Part shown: one piece after another, positions 30,778 to 38,867 of the stretch
Position numbering within the stretch: the first letter of the stretch is position 1
Layout of the letters: each line of letters opens with the position of its first letter
Assembly: GCA_963703345.1 (NCBI GenBank)
Contig: OY969814.1
Span: 2,208,001-2,272,000 of the forward strand
Direction: 5' to 3'
DNA from: an uncultured Chloroflexia bacterium
Lineage (GTDB): Bacteria; Chloroflexota; Dehalococcoidia; DSTF01; JALHUB01
DNA length: 64,000 nucleotides
The notes under the pieces: generated by a model
Seen by the model: the letters and a program-made list of their open reading frames with translations, nothing else
What the model was told of the DNA's origin: nothing
The model's database searches: none
Translations under genes and position numbers: made by a program

Positions 30778-31818
30778 CTATTGAGAGGCGTACCAGACGA
30801 GGTCGGTCTGAGATTGGCAGCCCTGGTAGGGATTATCAGCGGTCGTGTCGAGGTTCACGTTGATTGTGAAGACCGAGCTATCGTTAGCGACCCATTGGTC
30901 GGTGGTGCCGCTACCGTTCGTCCCGCCCTTCAAGTGCAACACAGCGCCCGTCCCGCTGTAGGTCGTGGCGAAGCCGGACAGAGTGCCGTAGCCAGAGCCG
31001 CTGGTTGGGTAGATGATCGTGCTGCCCTGCTTGATTTGAAGGTTGAGCTTGGAGGCGGGATTGGTCGCGGTGCAGAGGGAGGAGCTGCCGGCGGCCTTGC
31101 TGGAGTAGTTCGCCGCGTAAATCCCGAACGTGCCCGTCGTGATGCTGCCGAGGTAGGTGATCGTGACGGTATTGCTCTTGTCCGCCGCGCCGGGAATGAA
31201 GTTCGTTGATGACAAGCTGAATATGGTGGCGCAGGTGCCGTTGTTTGTGCCGGTGCTACAGTTGCTGCCGCTGACCACGGTCCCGGCGACGTTCGTCATG
31301 GTGAGTGAGCTGTTCCCGAAAGCGTTGTTGGGGTTGGTGGTCTGGGCGTTGAAGCTGGCCAGCGAGCGCATTCCGATTGACGCGCCAACGAGCAGAACGA
31401 TGAAGGCTGTGATGATGAGTCTTGTTCTTGCCAGGGACAGTATCCTGAGGGGCAAACCATGCCTTTCCCTGCTCCGAGGTCTTTCTGGTTGCTTATCGGA
31501 TGGCCTTCTGGTTCTTGTTCTGAATAGGATGCCGACTGGAAGGAAAGCGGTGGGGGCGAGCCTTGCTCTTGTTTGGGATAGTATCCCAATTAGAACGGAA
31601 GCCCTGGGGGCGAGCCTTGCTCTTGTTCGAGATAGTGTCTCGAATAGTATCTCGACTCGAACGGAAGCAGTGAGGATGAGCCTTGCTCTTGTTCGAGATA
31701 GTATCCCGACGGGCCGCGGCCGGGGCAAGCCGTATCCCTCGTTGCTCCGAAGTCTTCTTGACCGCTTGTCATCGGAAGGTCTTCTTTTTCGGGACAGCAT
31801 CCTGCCTGGCCTGTGCAA
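30778..31818 (-). CDS. TasA-like SipW substrate with long repetitive Arg-rich N-terminal extension
   Basis: SLASFNAQTTNPNNAFGN motif after the hydrophobic helix, YQGCQSQTDLVWYASQ end; paralog of 32456-33139; start uncertain. Confidence 0.72.
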   Translation of the reverse strand: MHRPGRMLSRKRRPSDDKRSRRLRSNEGYGLPRPRPVGILSRTRARLILTASVRVEILFETLSRTRARLAPRASVLIGILSQTRARLAPTAFLPVGILFRTRTRRPSDKQPERPRSRERHGLPLRILSLARTRLIITAFIVLLVGASIGMRSLASFNAQTTNPNNAFGNSSLTMTNVAGTVVSGSNCSTGTNNGTCATIFSLSSTNFIPGAADKSNTVTITYLGSITTGTFGIYAANYSSKAAGSSSLCTATNPASKLNLQIKQGSTIIYPTSGSGYGTLSGFATTYSGTGAVLHLKGGTNGSGTTDQWVANDSSVFTINVNLDTTADNPYQGCQSQTDLVWYASQ

Positions 31819-31841
31819 CTGCGGCAGCCACCCACATGGGC

Positions 31842-32378
31842 TTACCTTGCCCCTGACCTCCGCGGTAACCTACGGGGCAGCCACACCGGTATGAGCATTG
31901 TAAGACCAAGAGCCAGGATGGGCACGTCGATCACAGACAGCGGCCCCAGGCTCAACGCTCCGACAGACATAAGGTAGCCGATGTAGGGAAAGTGGGATAC
32001 ACAGTGCCAGCCGCTTCCAGTGGCGGGTAGGTTCCAGGGATCAGGAAGGGGATTGGCGTCTCCCTTAGTGAAAAACTCGGGACCCTCGGTGGTATCTACA
32101 ATGTCGACCACCCGGTGGGTTATGAGCTGCTGATGGTCGGGTGGGTAGAATGTGATGATGTCGCCGACCGCAACCTTGTCCGCGGCGATGGGACGGAGCA
32201 CAACGATCGAGCCCTTCGGTATAGTTGGGGCCATACTGCCGGAGGCTACCACGTCCACTCTGTATGGCAGCACACGCGGACCCACTACCAGAAGCAAGAG
32301 CGCAATTACGGCCAGCATCATGACGGCCGCGAGGAAAGCCTTCAGTAGCGCGTTGGACTTCCTGACAAGCGACCGCAA
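31842..32378 (-). CDS. sipW: Signal peptidase I, ER/SipW type (S26B)
   Basis: VASGSMAP (Ser), ITHRVV (His), TKGDAN..PD. Confidence 0.9.
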   Translation of the reverse strand: MRSLVRKSNALLKAFLAAVMMLAVIALLLLVVGPRVLPYRVDVVASGSMAPTIPKGSIVVLRPIAADKVAVGDIITFYPPDHQQLITHRVVDIVDTTEGPEFFTKGDANPLPDPWNLPATGSGWHCVSHFPYIGYLMSVGALSLGPLSVIDVPILALGLTMLIPVWLPRRLPRRSGAR

Positions 32379-32455
32379 CCGTTCCCTCCTCTGAAGGACT
32401 ATAAGCTAGCGCCACGCCTAATGGGGATGGGGATAACCCTGATTTTTCGCTTCTG

Positions 32456-33139
32456 CTACTGAGCTGTATACCAGACGAGGTCAGCCTGGGACTGGCAGCC
32501 CTCATAGGTATAGTCACCGGTGGTGTCGAGGTTCACGTTAATCGTGAAGACCGAACTGTCGTTGGGAGCCCATACGTTGACGTCGCCATCGCCATCCGTC
32601 CCGCCGGCCAAGTGCAAGAGAGAGCCTGTCCCGGTATAGGTCGCAGCGAAGTCGGCCAGAGTGCCGTAGCCGGAGCCGCTGACCGGATAGATGATCGTGC
32701 TGCCTTGCTCGATCTGAAGGTTGATCTTGGTGGCAGGATCGAGGGCGGTGCAGAGTGTGGAGCTGCCGGCGCCGTTGCTGGCGTAGTTGTCCGCGTAAAG
32801 CCCGAACGTGCCCGACGTGATGTTACCAGTGTAGGTGATCGTGACGGTGTTGTCCTTGTCCGGGTCCCCAGGAACGAAGGCCGTCGACGCGTCATCGAAT
32901 ATCGTGGCACACGTCCCGTCGTTGGTGCCGGTGGCACAGTTGCTGCCACTTATCACGGTCCCGGCAACGTTGGTCATCGACATCTGGGCGTTGCCGAAGA
33001 CGTTGTCCGGGTTCGTGGTCCGCGCGGTGAAGGTAGCCAGGGTACGAATACCGATCAACCCTCCGATTAGCAGAACGATGAAAGCCGTGATGGCTAGCCT
33101 TGTTCTTGTTCGGGATAGCATGCCGATTGAACCGAGCAT
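32456..33139 (-). CDS. TasA-like SipW substrate
   Basis: TLATFTARTTNPDNVFGN SipW-class motif; adjacent to sipW; conserved Cys pairs shared with paralog. Confidence 0.75.
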   Translation of the reverse strand: MLGSIGMLSRTRTRLAITAFIVLLIGGLIGIRTLATFTARTTNPDNVFGNAQMSMTNVAGTVISGSNCATGTNDGTCATIFDDASTAFVPGDPDKDNTVTITYTGNITSGTFGLYADNYASNGAGSSTLCTALDPATKINLQIEQGSTIIYPVSGSGYGTLADFAATYTGTGSLLHLAGGTDGDGDVNVWAPNDSSVFTINVNLDTTGDYTYEGCQSQADLVWYTAQ

Positions 33140-33170
33140 TGCGTGTTCCTCTTTGGTTGGAAGTACTTCT

Positions 33171-33285
33171 AAATGCTTATCGGACGGCCTCTTGTATAAC
33201 TAAAGTGGTATTCCCGAGGACATATGAAATGTTTATCGGACGGCCTCTTGTATAACTAAAGTGGTATTCCCGAGGACATATGAAA
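33171..33285. repeat. 56-bp tandem duplication upstream of tasA-like gene
   Basis: aaatg(c/t)ttatcggacggcctcttgtataactaaagtggtattcccgaggacatatg twice (33171, 33227), one mismatch. Confidence 0.93.
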
Positions 33286-33502
33286 GAGAAGGGAGATCGG
33301 GACGAGATCGCTCTGGGTGAGGCATACCCTGGTCCGCCAGGAATCCCGCCAATTGGCGAGCACTCTCCAAGTACGTCTCAATCTCTCGTGGAGATAGGTT
33401 CGCCGCTCGTGGGTGACGGGCGAAGCTTTCCACGTTAACAAGCACGTCGCCCCGTGCTATACTGTCGCTGGTTACAGGCTCGCGCACGGCGTCCCTCATC
33501 AT
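33233..33502 (-). pseudogene. Truncated tyrosine integrase N-terminal (SAM-like) domain
   Basis: SFARHPRAANLSPREIETYLESARQLAGFL resembles the integrase core-binding N-terminus; no catalytic domain. Confidence 0.65.
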
Positions 33503-33581
33503 TGCCAGTGCCGGTCTCGGAACCTGTGCCAGGTTATTCAGGCGCTGTTCCAGTTAGAGGCTGTAGCTAGGTTCGAAACGA

Positions 33582-33657
33582 GCGGGAATAGCTCAGTTGG
33601 TAGAGCATCTGCTTCCCAAGCAGAGGGTCGCGGGTTCGAGTCCCGTTTCCCGCTCCA
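33582..33657 (+). tRNA. tRNA-Gly(CCC)
   Basis: 76 nt; GCGGGAA/TTCCCGC acceptor stem, TCTGC-TTCCCAA-GCAGA anticodon arm, GTTCGAG T loop, encoded CCA. Confidence 0.98.
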
Positions 33658-33684
33658 ACGTTTTTCCAGGTTTCATTAGATATG

Positions 33685-33709
33685 AAGCCGGGCATTTCGC
33701 CCGGCTTTT
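33685..33709 (+). terminator. Rho-independent terminator after tRNA-Gly
   Basis: AAGCCGGGC-atttc-GCCCGGCTT followed by TT. Confidence 0.7.
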
Positions 33710-33943
33710 CTCGCCCCTCGGAATGGCCGGTTGTCGCGACCATCTGCTTTCTGGGCAGAGGGTTTGCGCTCCTCTGCCAGCTTCGGCGGTCTTGGTCTGC
33801 CACTCGCCGCTCTCCCAAATACGGATGGAGTATTGGCACGCCATAGCCCTTGCCCTCACGGCAGCTACCCGCCGGCCTCCGTCAAGACCCGCAGCGAGCC
33901 GTCGCATGGTCTCAGTGCCACCGTTTCCTTCCCCAGCGACACA

Positions 33944-33972
33944 TTGACAATCGCCATCCCGCCAATTAGTCT
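33944..33972 (+). promoter_or_regulatory. Sigma70-type promoter for druA (probably leaderless)
   Basis: TTGACA-17 bp-TAGTCT, ATG 7 nt downstream. Confidence 0.55.
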
Positions 33973-33979
33973 GTGACCG

Positions 33980-35173
33980 ATGCACAATCGCTCTGGTGAG
34001 CTCGCCGGGGCGAACTCGAACGCAGCAACTCAAGCTAGTCTCGTCGATCCGGCGAAGCTCAAACGACAAATTGTTGCCTCTCTCAGGGCGCAGGGATTTC
34101 GCATCTGTGGCGGCGAAATCCTGCCCCCGCGCGATCTCGACAAAGCCAAGATACGCGAGCTTCACACCACCGCGGTCTTTCATCGAATCGAGGTTTCCAG
34201 AAGAGGACTCGTAGGCCAAGAACCCCGCCTGCTTAGGCGGTTCGCTTCGGGGACCAACGTGGACCCGGCAAGCGTTAGGCCGCGCCTCGTCGAAGTGGAG
34301 CCGGATTCTGAGGACGAGCTGCTTTTCAGGTATGCTGCTTTGCACTGGAGTATCCCTGTCTCTTCCGGATATGGAAGGAGGATCCGATTTCTGGTTGTCA
34401 ACGAACAGAACCAGAGTCTCATCGGGCTCTTCGGACTGGGCGACCCAGTGTTCAGTCTCGCCGCCCGCGACGGATGGGTCGGGTGGGACAAAGAGTCGAG
34501 GCGCGAGAGGCTCCGCAACGTCATGGATGCTTTCGTGCTGGGTGCTGTCCCGCCCTACGCGAGTCTATTGTGCGGGAAGCTCGTTGCTATGCTCGTTTGC
34601 AGCTCAGAGGTGAGGCGGGCCTTCGAACGCAAATACGGTGGGGCAGAATCCTTCATAAGCCGCCGACCATCAGACGGTCGGCTCGCCCTTGTGACTACAA
34701 CCTCAGCGCTGGGCAGGTCTTCACTCTACAGCCGTATCAAGTACTGCGATCGCGTACTGTACGAGAGTGCCGGTTATACCAGGGGCTCCGGCGAGTTTCA
34801 CTTTGCCAACGGGCTCTATTCCGCTCTGACCAGCTATGCTCGTCTTCATTGTCAGCCAAGCGCGAAACATCCTGCATGGGGGATTGGATTCCGTAATCGG
34901 CGCGAGGTCGTGAGGAAAGCATTGAGGGAGCTCGGGTTGTCAGCCGAATGGGTCTACCACGGGGTTCGTCGGGAAGTGTTCGTCGTTCCACTGGCCCAAA
35001 ACACAAGAGAGTTTCTTCGGGGGGAGCACTCCGAGCTGCTATGGTCTGAACAATCAGCCGACGACCTGTTTAAGTGGTTCCGCGAACGGTGGCTGCTGCC
35101 CCGTGCCAGTCGCAACTGCTCGTACCGAGATTTCGACCCGCATTCATACGCAATATGGAACAACGCGACCTAG
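33980..35173 (+). CDS. druA: Druantia DruA-like protein (DUF4338)
   Basis: WSIPVSSGYGRRIRFLV, LGDPVF..AARD.WVGW, LGAVPPY..LLCGKLVA, TTTSALGRSSLY. Confidence 0.85.
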   Translation: MHNRSGELAGANSNAATQASLVDPAKLKRQIVASLRAQGFRICGGEILPPRDLDKAKIRELHTTAVFHRIEVSRRGLVGQEPRLLRRFASGTNVDPASVRPRLVEVEPDSEDELLFRYAALHWSIPVSSGYGRRIRFLVVNEQNQSLIGLFGLGDPVFSLAARDGWVGWDKESRRERLRNVMDAFVLGAVPPYASLLCGKLVAMLVCSSEVRRAFERKYGGAESFISRRPSDGRLALVTTTSALGRSSLYSRIKYCDRVLYESAGYTRGSGEFHFANGLYSALTSYARLHCQPSAKHPAWGIGFRNRREVVRKALRELGLSAEWVYHGVRREVFVVPLAQNTREFLRGEHSELLWSEQSADDLFKWFRERWLLPRASRNCSYRDFDPHSYAIWNNAT

Positions 35174-35231
35174 GGATTCGATCTCCAAAACAGGGAAGCG
35201 CGAGCATGGATGACCAGCTTTCGCGAGAGAG

Positions 35232-36383
35232 ATGAACGAATCTGAGACTCCGTTCGCTGACCTGCCCGAGGCCCTGCTTGACGAGATGCTCTCCCAAACA
35301 GAGCGGGTCGCCGAAGGCCTGTTGGGGACTTTCAGATCGGTCAACACGCAGCGGGCAGCTATGCGCGATGCCCTCAAGAGGCTCAACCTTGTCGACAATG
35401 AATCGTCTCTGGGTTATCCTCCTCTGCCGACGACCTGCGCGGTCAACGGCTCCTACGCTATAGAGAGGCTTCTTACCACCGATCTGGTGGCCTGTGCTGC
35501 CGTAGCAATCGAGGGTCTGACGCCGCCTTCAGAACAGCGGCATTGGGAGCAGCCTCGTCACCTCTCGGTCATTCAATCCGAAGTGCATCACGCCGAGACA
35601 GCTACCGTCCTTAGAGCTCTGATGCTGGGTCTTGAGTTGACGCTCGCGACAAGGGCTCCTCATGATGTTGTCATGCTCGACGCCACCCTCACCCTTCCGG
35701 TCATCTACTTCAACCAGGCCCTCCACGCTGCGGCTGGCGCGCCGGAGCTTGAGATATCGAGCGCTTTCCGCCAGCAGGCGGTCGATTTCCTGCGGTGCTA
35801 CGCCGCGATTCTTCAATCGGAACGTTCCGACCGGGACTTCGTTGGCCTGCCGAAGTACTCGACGAGGCGCGAGGTTGGCCGACAAGCCGGATGGTCGGAC
35901 CAACATGACGACAGGGGCCTACTTACACTCATTCTTGATCCTGGGGAGTTCACTAGGCCGCTTTCCCTTGAGCAGCCAGCGCAGCCCTGGCATCTAGGTA
36001 CGGGGACGCTCCCCCCCGATGTACGTGCAGATGCGGAACGCCTGGCTACGGAGATCGCGGGCCGCCTGGAGCAAGTTCGGATATTTTACTACAAGCCCCA
36101 CCGATGGTTGCCTGCCGTTAGGGTGGAAGTGCCTTCAAATGTTGCTGAAAACCAACACCGCCTGGCTAGGGTGGTCCAAGGAATAAAGCATCAGTGTGCG
36201 GCGGCCGGGATGATGGAGCCCTACCCCTTGTACATGGCGGACCGCATGGTAAAGGCCGTGGCGCGAGCGTTGCCGGCCTTCAGACAGGTGACGACGCAGC
36301 GGATTTCCGAGCAGTACGAAGGCGAGATCGCTGAAGTCTTCTTCGGCTTGCACGGCTATAGGTCAGAGTCAGGAGTTCAGTAG
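35232..36383 (+). CDS. NurA-family nuclease (first acidic motif reads VNGS)
   Basis: AVNGS (family xxDGS), VMLDATL, PK, PYPLYMADR; directly upstream of HerA-like ATPase. Confidence 0.8.
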   Translation: MNESETPFADLPEALLDEMLSQTERVAEGLLGTFRSVNTQRAAMRDALKRLNLVDNESSLGYPPLPTTCAVNGSYAIERLLTTDLVACAAVAIEGLTPPSEQRHWEQPRHLSVIQSEVHHAETATVLRALMLGLELTLATRAPHDVVMLDATLTLPVIYFNQALHAAAGAPELEISSAFRQQAVDFLRCYAAILQSERSDRDFVGLPKYSTRREVGRQAGWSDQHDDRGLLTLILDPGEFTRPLSLEQPAQPWHLGTGTLPPDVRADAERLATEIAGRLEQVRIFYYKPHRWLPAVRVEVPSNVAENQHRLARVVQGIKHQCAAAGMMEPYPLYMADRMVKAVARALPAFRQVTTQRISEQYEGEIAEVFFGLHGYRSESGVQ

Positions 36384-36385
36384 TG

Positions 36386-38191
36386 ATGGACACCGGTTCT
36401 ATGGGCCGAAGCATCGACAAACTCATCGATGACTCGGAGCGCCTTGGAGTCGTCGGCTCGCCTTCATCGACCGCCGAGCTTGCCATGGACGTCCTGGGTG
36501 CCGCTGTCAACAGGAAACTCGTCGGGGAGTTGGCTCTTTTCCGTTTCCTCCAGGACTCTGCCAGGCACTATGCACTCGGCCAGATTACGGAGGTAAAGCT
36601 GCGGAATATCTGGCACGAAGATCCAACGATGCGGAGCCTCATCAGGCAACGCGGGCGCGTCAACGCTGTGAGCGAGCGCCAAGACACGCACCTCGCTCAG
36701 ATGATTGTGAGCGCCGTGTTCAAAGACGGCGCCAGCTCCGCGACCTATGAGCCAAGCATAATGGGAACGGTACCCGCGACAGGTACGACGATTCATGTGG
36801 TAACAGACCCTATCCTGGAGGAGATTCTACGACCTTACCGCAGGCAGATCTTTTACCTTGGTCAGGTGTATGGTTCGAAGCCCAAACTGCCTCTATGGTT
36901 CAAGCACTTCGACCGAGGACCAGACGGCGCCGGAGAAGCCTATCATCTCGGCATTTTTGGCAAGACCGGTTCGGGCAAGTCGGTCCTGGCGAAGATGATT
37001 CTGCTCGCCTACGCCCGCTATCCTCAGATGGCTCTTCTCGTAATCGATCCGCAGGGCGAGTTTGCGCGCGATATCGGTGGTGGGCACACAACGGGTGAAT
37101 TCCCCTTGCCGTTAGGAGATCTCGTCAGCTCCCGAGGGAAGCCGGTCCGTGTTCTCACCGTAAAAAACCTTGTCCTCGATAGATGGGAGCTTTTCCGCCG
37201 AATTCTCTATGAGTCCCTTTTCTTTGAGCGCTTGACGATTCCGCGGAGCGAGAACCGAGAACTGGCGTGTGACATCCTTTCGGAGAAGTTGCAGAAAGCC
37301 GGGGTGAAGCTCGCTGAGCTTTGGAATCGAACTTCATTCGACCGCGCGTGGACTTTGCTTGGTGACCCCGCTGTGCAACGCAATTTCTATCGAACAGACG
37401 CGTCTCGCGCCCGCTTCGACGCCGCTCTGCACGAGGCAGATGCTGACGAGTTCTACAAGGATTACTGGCGCCCGGTGGCAGAGCTATTCCGCGCCGACAG
37501 ATCCGGAGCCACAACAGTTGAGAGTGCGCTTGGCTCCTTGTTAGATCCGCAGAAGGATCAGCGTCCGACTCTGGTAGTGGACCTGTCACGCGAACAGGCT
37601 TCCGGGATGTTCTGGAATGATACAATCCAGTCCCTAGTCATCAAGCGGCTTCTGGACGGTCTAGAGGTCACGGCAGAGCACTTCTTCAAGGGCGGAGAAA
37701 GCCTGAATGCGTTAGTAGTGATAGACGAAGCACACCGTCTCGCTCCACGAGAGTTGCCGACAGACGATGAGGCCGCGAAAGCGGTCCGAGGAGTTCTCAT
37801 TGACGCCGCACGAACAACGAGGAAGTATGGGTTAGGTTGGCTGTTCATCAGCCAAACCCTCTCGAGTTTGCACACCGAGATACTCCAGCAGCTCCGCATC
37901 ATGTTCTTCGGCTTCGGCCTCGGCCTCGGCCAGGAGTATCAGTCTCTCAGACAGTTGGTGGGCTCGTCCGGCCCCGCCCTTGACCTGTATCAGCTATTCA
38001 GAGATCCTCATTCAGCGTTTGACGCAAAGAGTCGCCAGTACTCTTTTATGACCATCGGCCCGGTGAGCCCATTGTCATTCTCCGGGAGCCCCCTTTTCTT
38101 CAACGCCTTCAACACGGTGGAGGCGTTCGTAGAAGCCAACGAGATGGAAACGAATCCAAGGCAGGACAGCGGGCAAGAACCTAGAATCTAG
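36386..38191 (+). CDS. HerA/FtsK-family ATPase (DUF87)
   Basis: N-terminal HAS-barrel-like region, GIFGKTGSGKS, VIDPQGE, VVIDEAH, RKYGLG...SQ. Confidence 0.9.
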   Translation: MDTGSMGRSIDKLIDDSERLGVVGSPSSTAELAMDVLGAAVNRKLVGELALFRFLQDSARHYALGQITEVKLRNIWHEDPTMRSLIRQRGRVNAVSERQDTHLAQMIVSAVFKDGASSATYEPSIMGTVPATGTTIHVVTDPILEEILRPYRRQIFYLGQVYGSKPKLPLWFKHFDRGPDGAGEAYHLGIFGKTGSGKSVLAKMILLAYARYPQMALLVIDPQGEFARDIGGGHTTGEFPLPLGDLVSSRGKPVRVLTVKNLVLDRWELFRRILYESLFFERLTIPRSENRELACDILSEKLQKAGVKLAELWNRTSFDRAWTLLGDPAVQRNFYRTDASRARFDAALHEADADEFYKDYWRPVAELFRADRSGATTVESALGSLLDPQKDQRPTLVVDLSREQASGMFWNDTIQSLVIKRLLDGLEVTAEHFFKGGESLNALVVIDEAHRLAPRELPTDDEAAKAVRGVLIDAARTTRKYGLGWLFISQTLSSLHTEILQQLRIMFFGFGLGLGQEYQSLRQLVGSSGPALDLYQLFRDPHSAFDAKSRQYSFMTIGPVSPLSFSGSPLFFNAFNTVEAFVEANEMETNPRQDSGQEPRI

Positions 38192-38849
38192 CAGTTTCTG
38201 ACCCGTGCTCACCGGGGCTTTCTTCCAATGACGCGAGGATCTTGTCGACCATGGGCATCAAGTCTCGCCGCAGTTCGTCCCTCGTTCCTTCGTTCTCGAT
38301 GACGGTCAGCGACAGGTCACCCCGAGCTCGTAGGGCGTCTAAATCGTCATCGCCATACCATTTCTCCATGTCAACTCGGGAGATGTATCTTGCCCGGTCA
38401 ACCTGCCCACGCGTGAGGTTGCGTTGCCATGCAATGTCCCACGATGATGAGAGGTATAGGACAAGCGATTGGTCAATGATCCGTTTCGGAAGACAATCGA
38501 ACAGGGGTGCGTAGACGTGGCGCGCAACCTCCGCTATCACCAGATCGGCCCGCTCGGTTTCCAGCTTGGCGTGCAGCCAGTTATCCAACTCCTGCCAGAT
38601 GGAGTCGTCAGTGATCTCGAATCCCCCGTCTTCAGTGGGGCGATGGCGCCTGAACGAGGGGTCTTTCTGGACCAAGACCCAGAGTACCGGGAAGTCGTGC
38701 ATGACTGCTATCTCCCCTTCGAAGCCCCGCAGACGCAGCTCATCGGTCAGGATCCTTGTCGCGAGAGACTTGCCAGTGCAGGGACGACCAACGACGAAGA
38801 CAAACCGTGCCAAAGCCCCTCTCCTTGAACTGGCACTGACGAGCGTCAC
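38181..38849 (-). CDS. P-loop nucleoside/nucleotide kinase-like protein
   Basis: FVVGRPCTGKS Walker A near the N-terminus, LYL....AWQRN..R lid-like motif, VIEN.G; about 220 aa. Confidence 0.72.
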   Translation of the reverse strand: MTLVSASSRRGALARFVFVVGRPCTGKSLATRILTDELRLRGFEGEIAVMHDFPVLWVLVQKDPSFRRHRPTEDGGFEITDDSIWQELDNWLHAKLETERADLVIAEVARHVYAPLFDCLPKRIIDQSLVLYLSSSWDIAWQRNLTRGQVDRARYISRVDMEKWYGDDDLDALRARGDLSLTVIENEGTRDELRRDLMPMVDKILASLEESPGEHGSETARF

Positions 38850-38867
38850 AACGCCACGTCAACTCGG

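Larger units (their letters stand above)
29118..33578. mobile_element. Degenerate tRNA-Gly-integrated islet carrying sipW/tasA-like genes
   Basis: Bounded by 41-bp direct repeats; integrase N-terminal remnant next to the tRNA. Confidence 0.7.

Noticed and set aside
31417-31805. CRISPR array interpretation of the spaced repeats
   Set aside because: Repeats are degenerate, irregularly spaced, in frame within an ORF, and no cas genes are present.
33567-34345. ORFs ending LERETGLEPATLCLGSRCSTN and similar
   Set aside because: Translations of the tRNA-Gly (either strand) and of the druA antisense strand.
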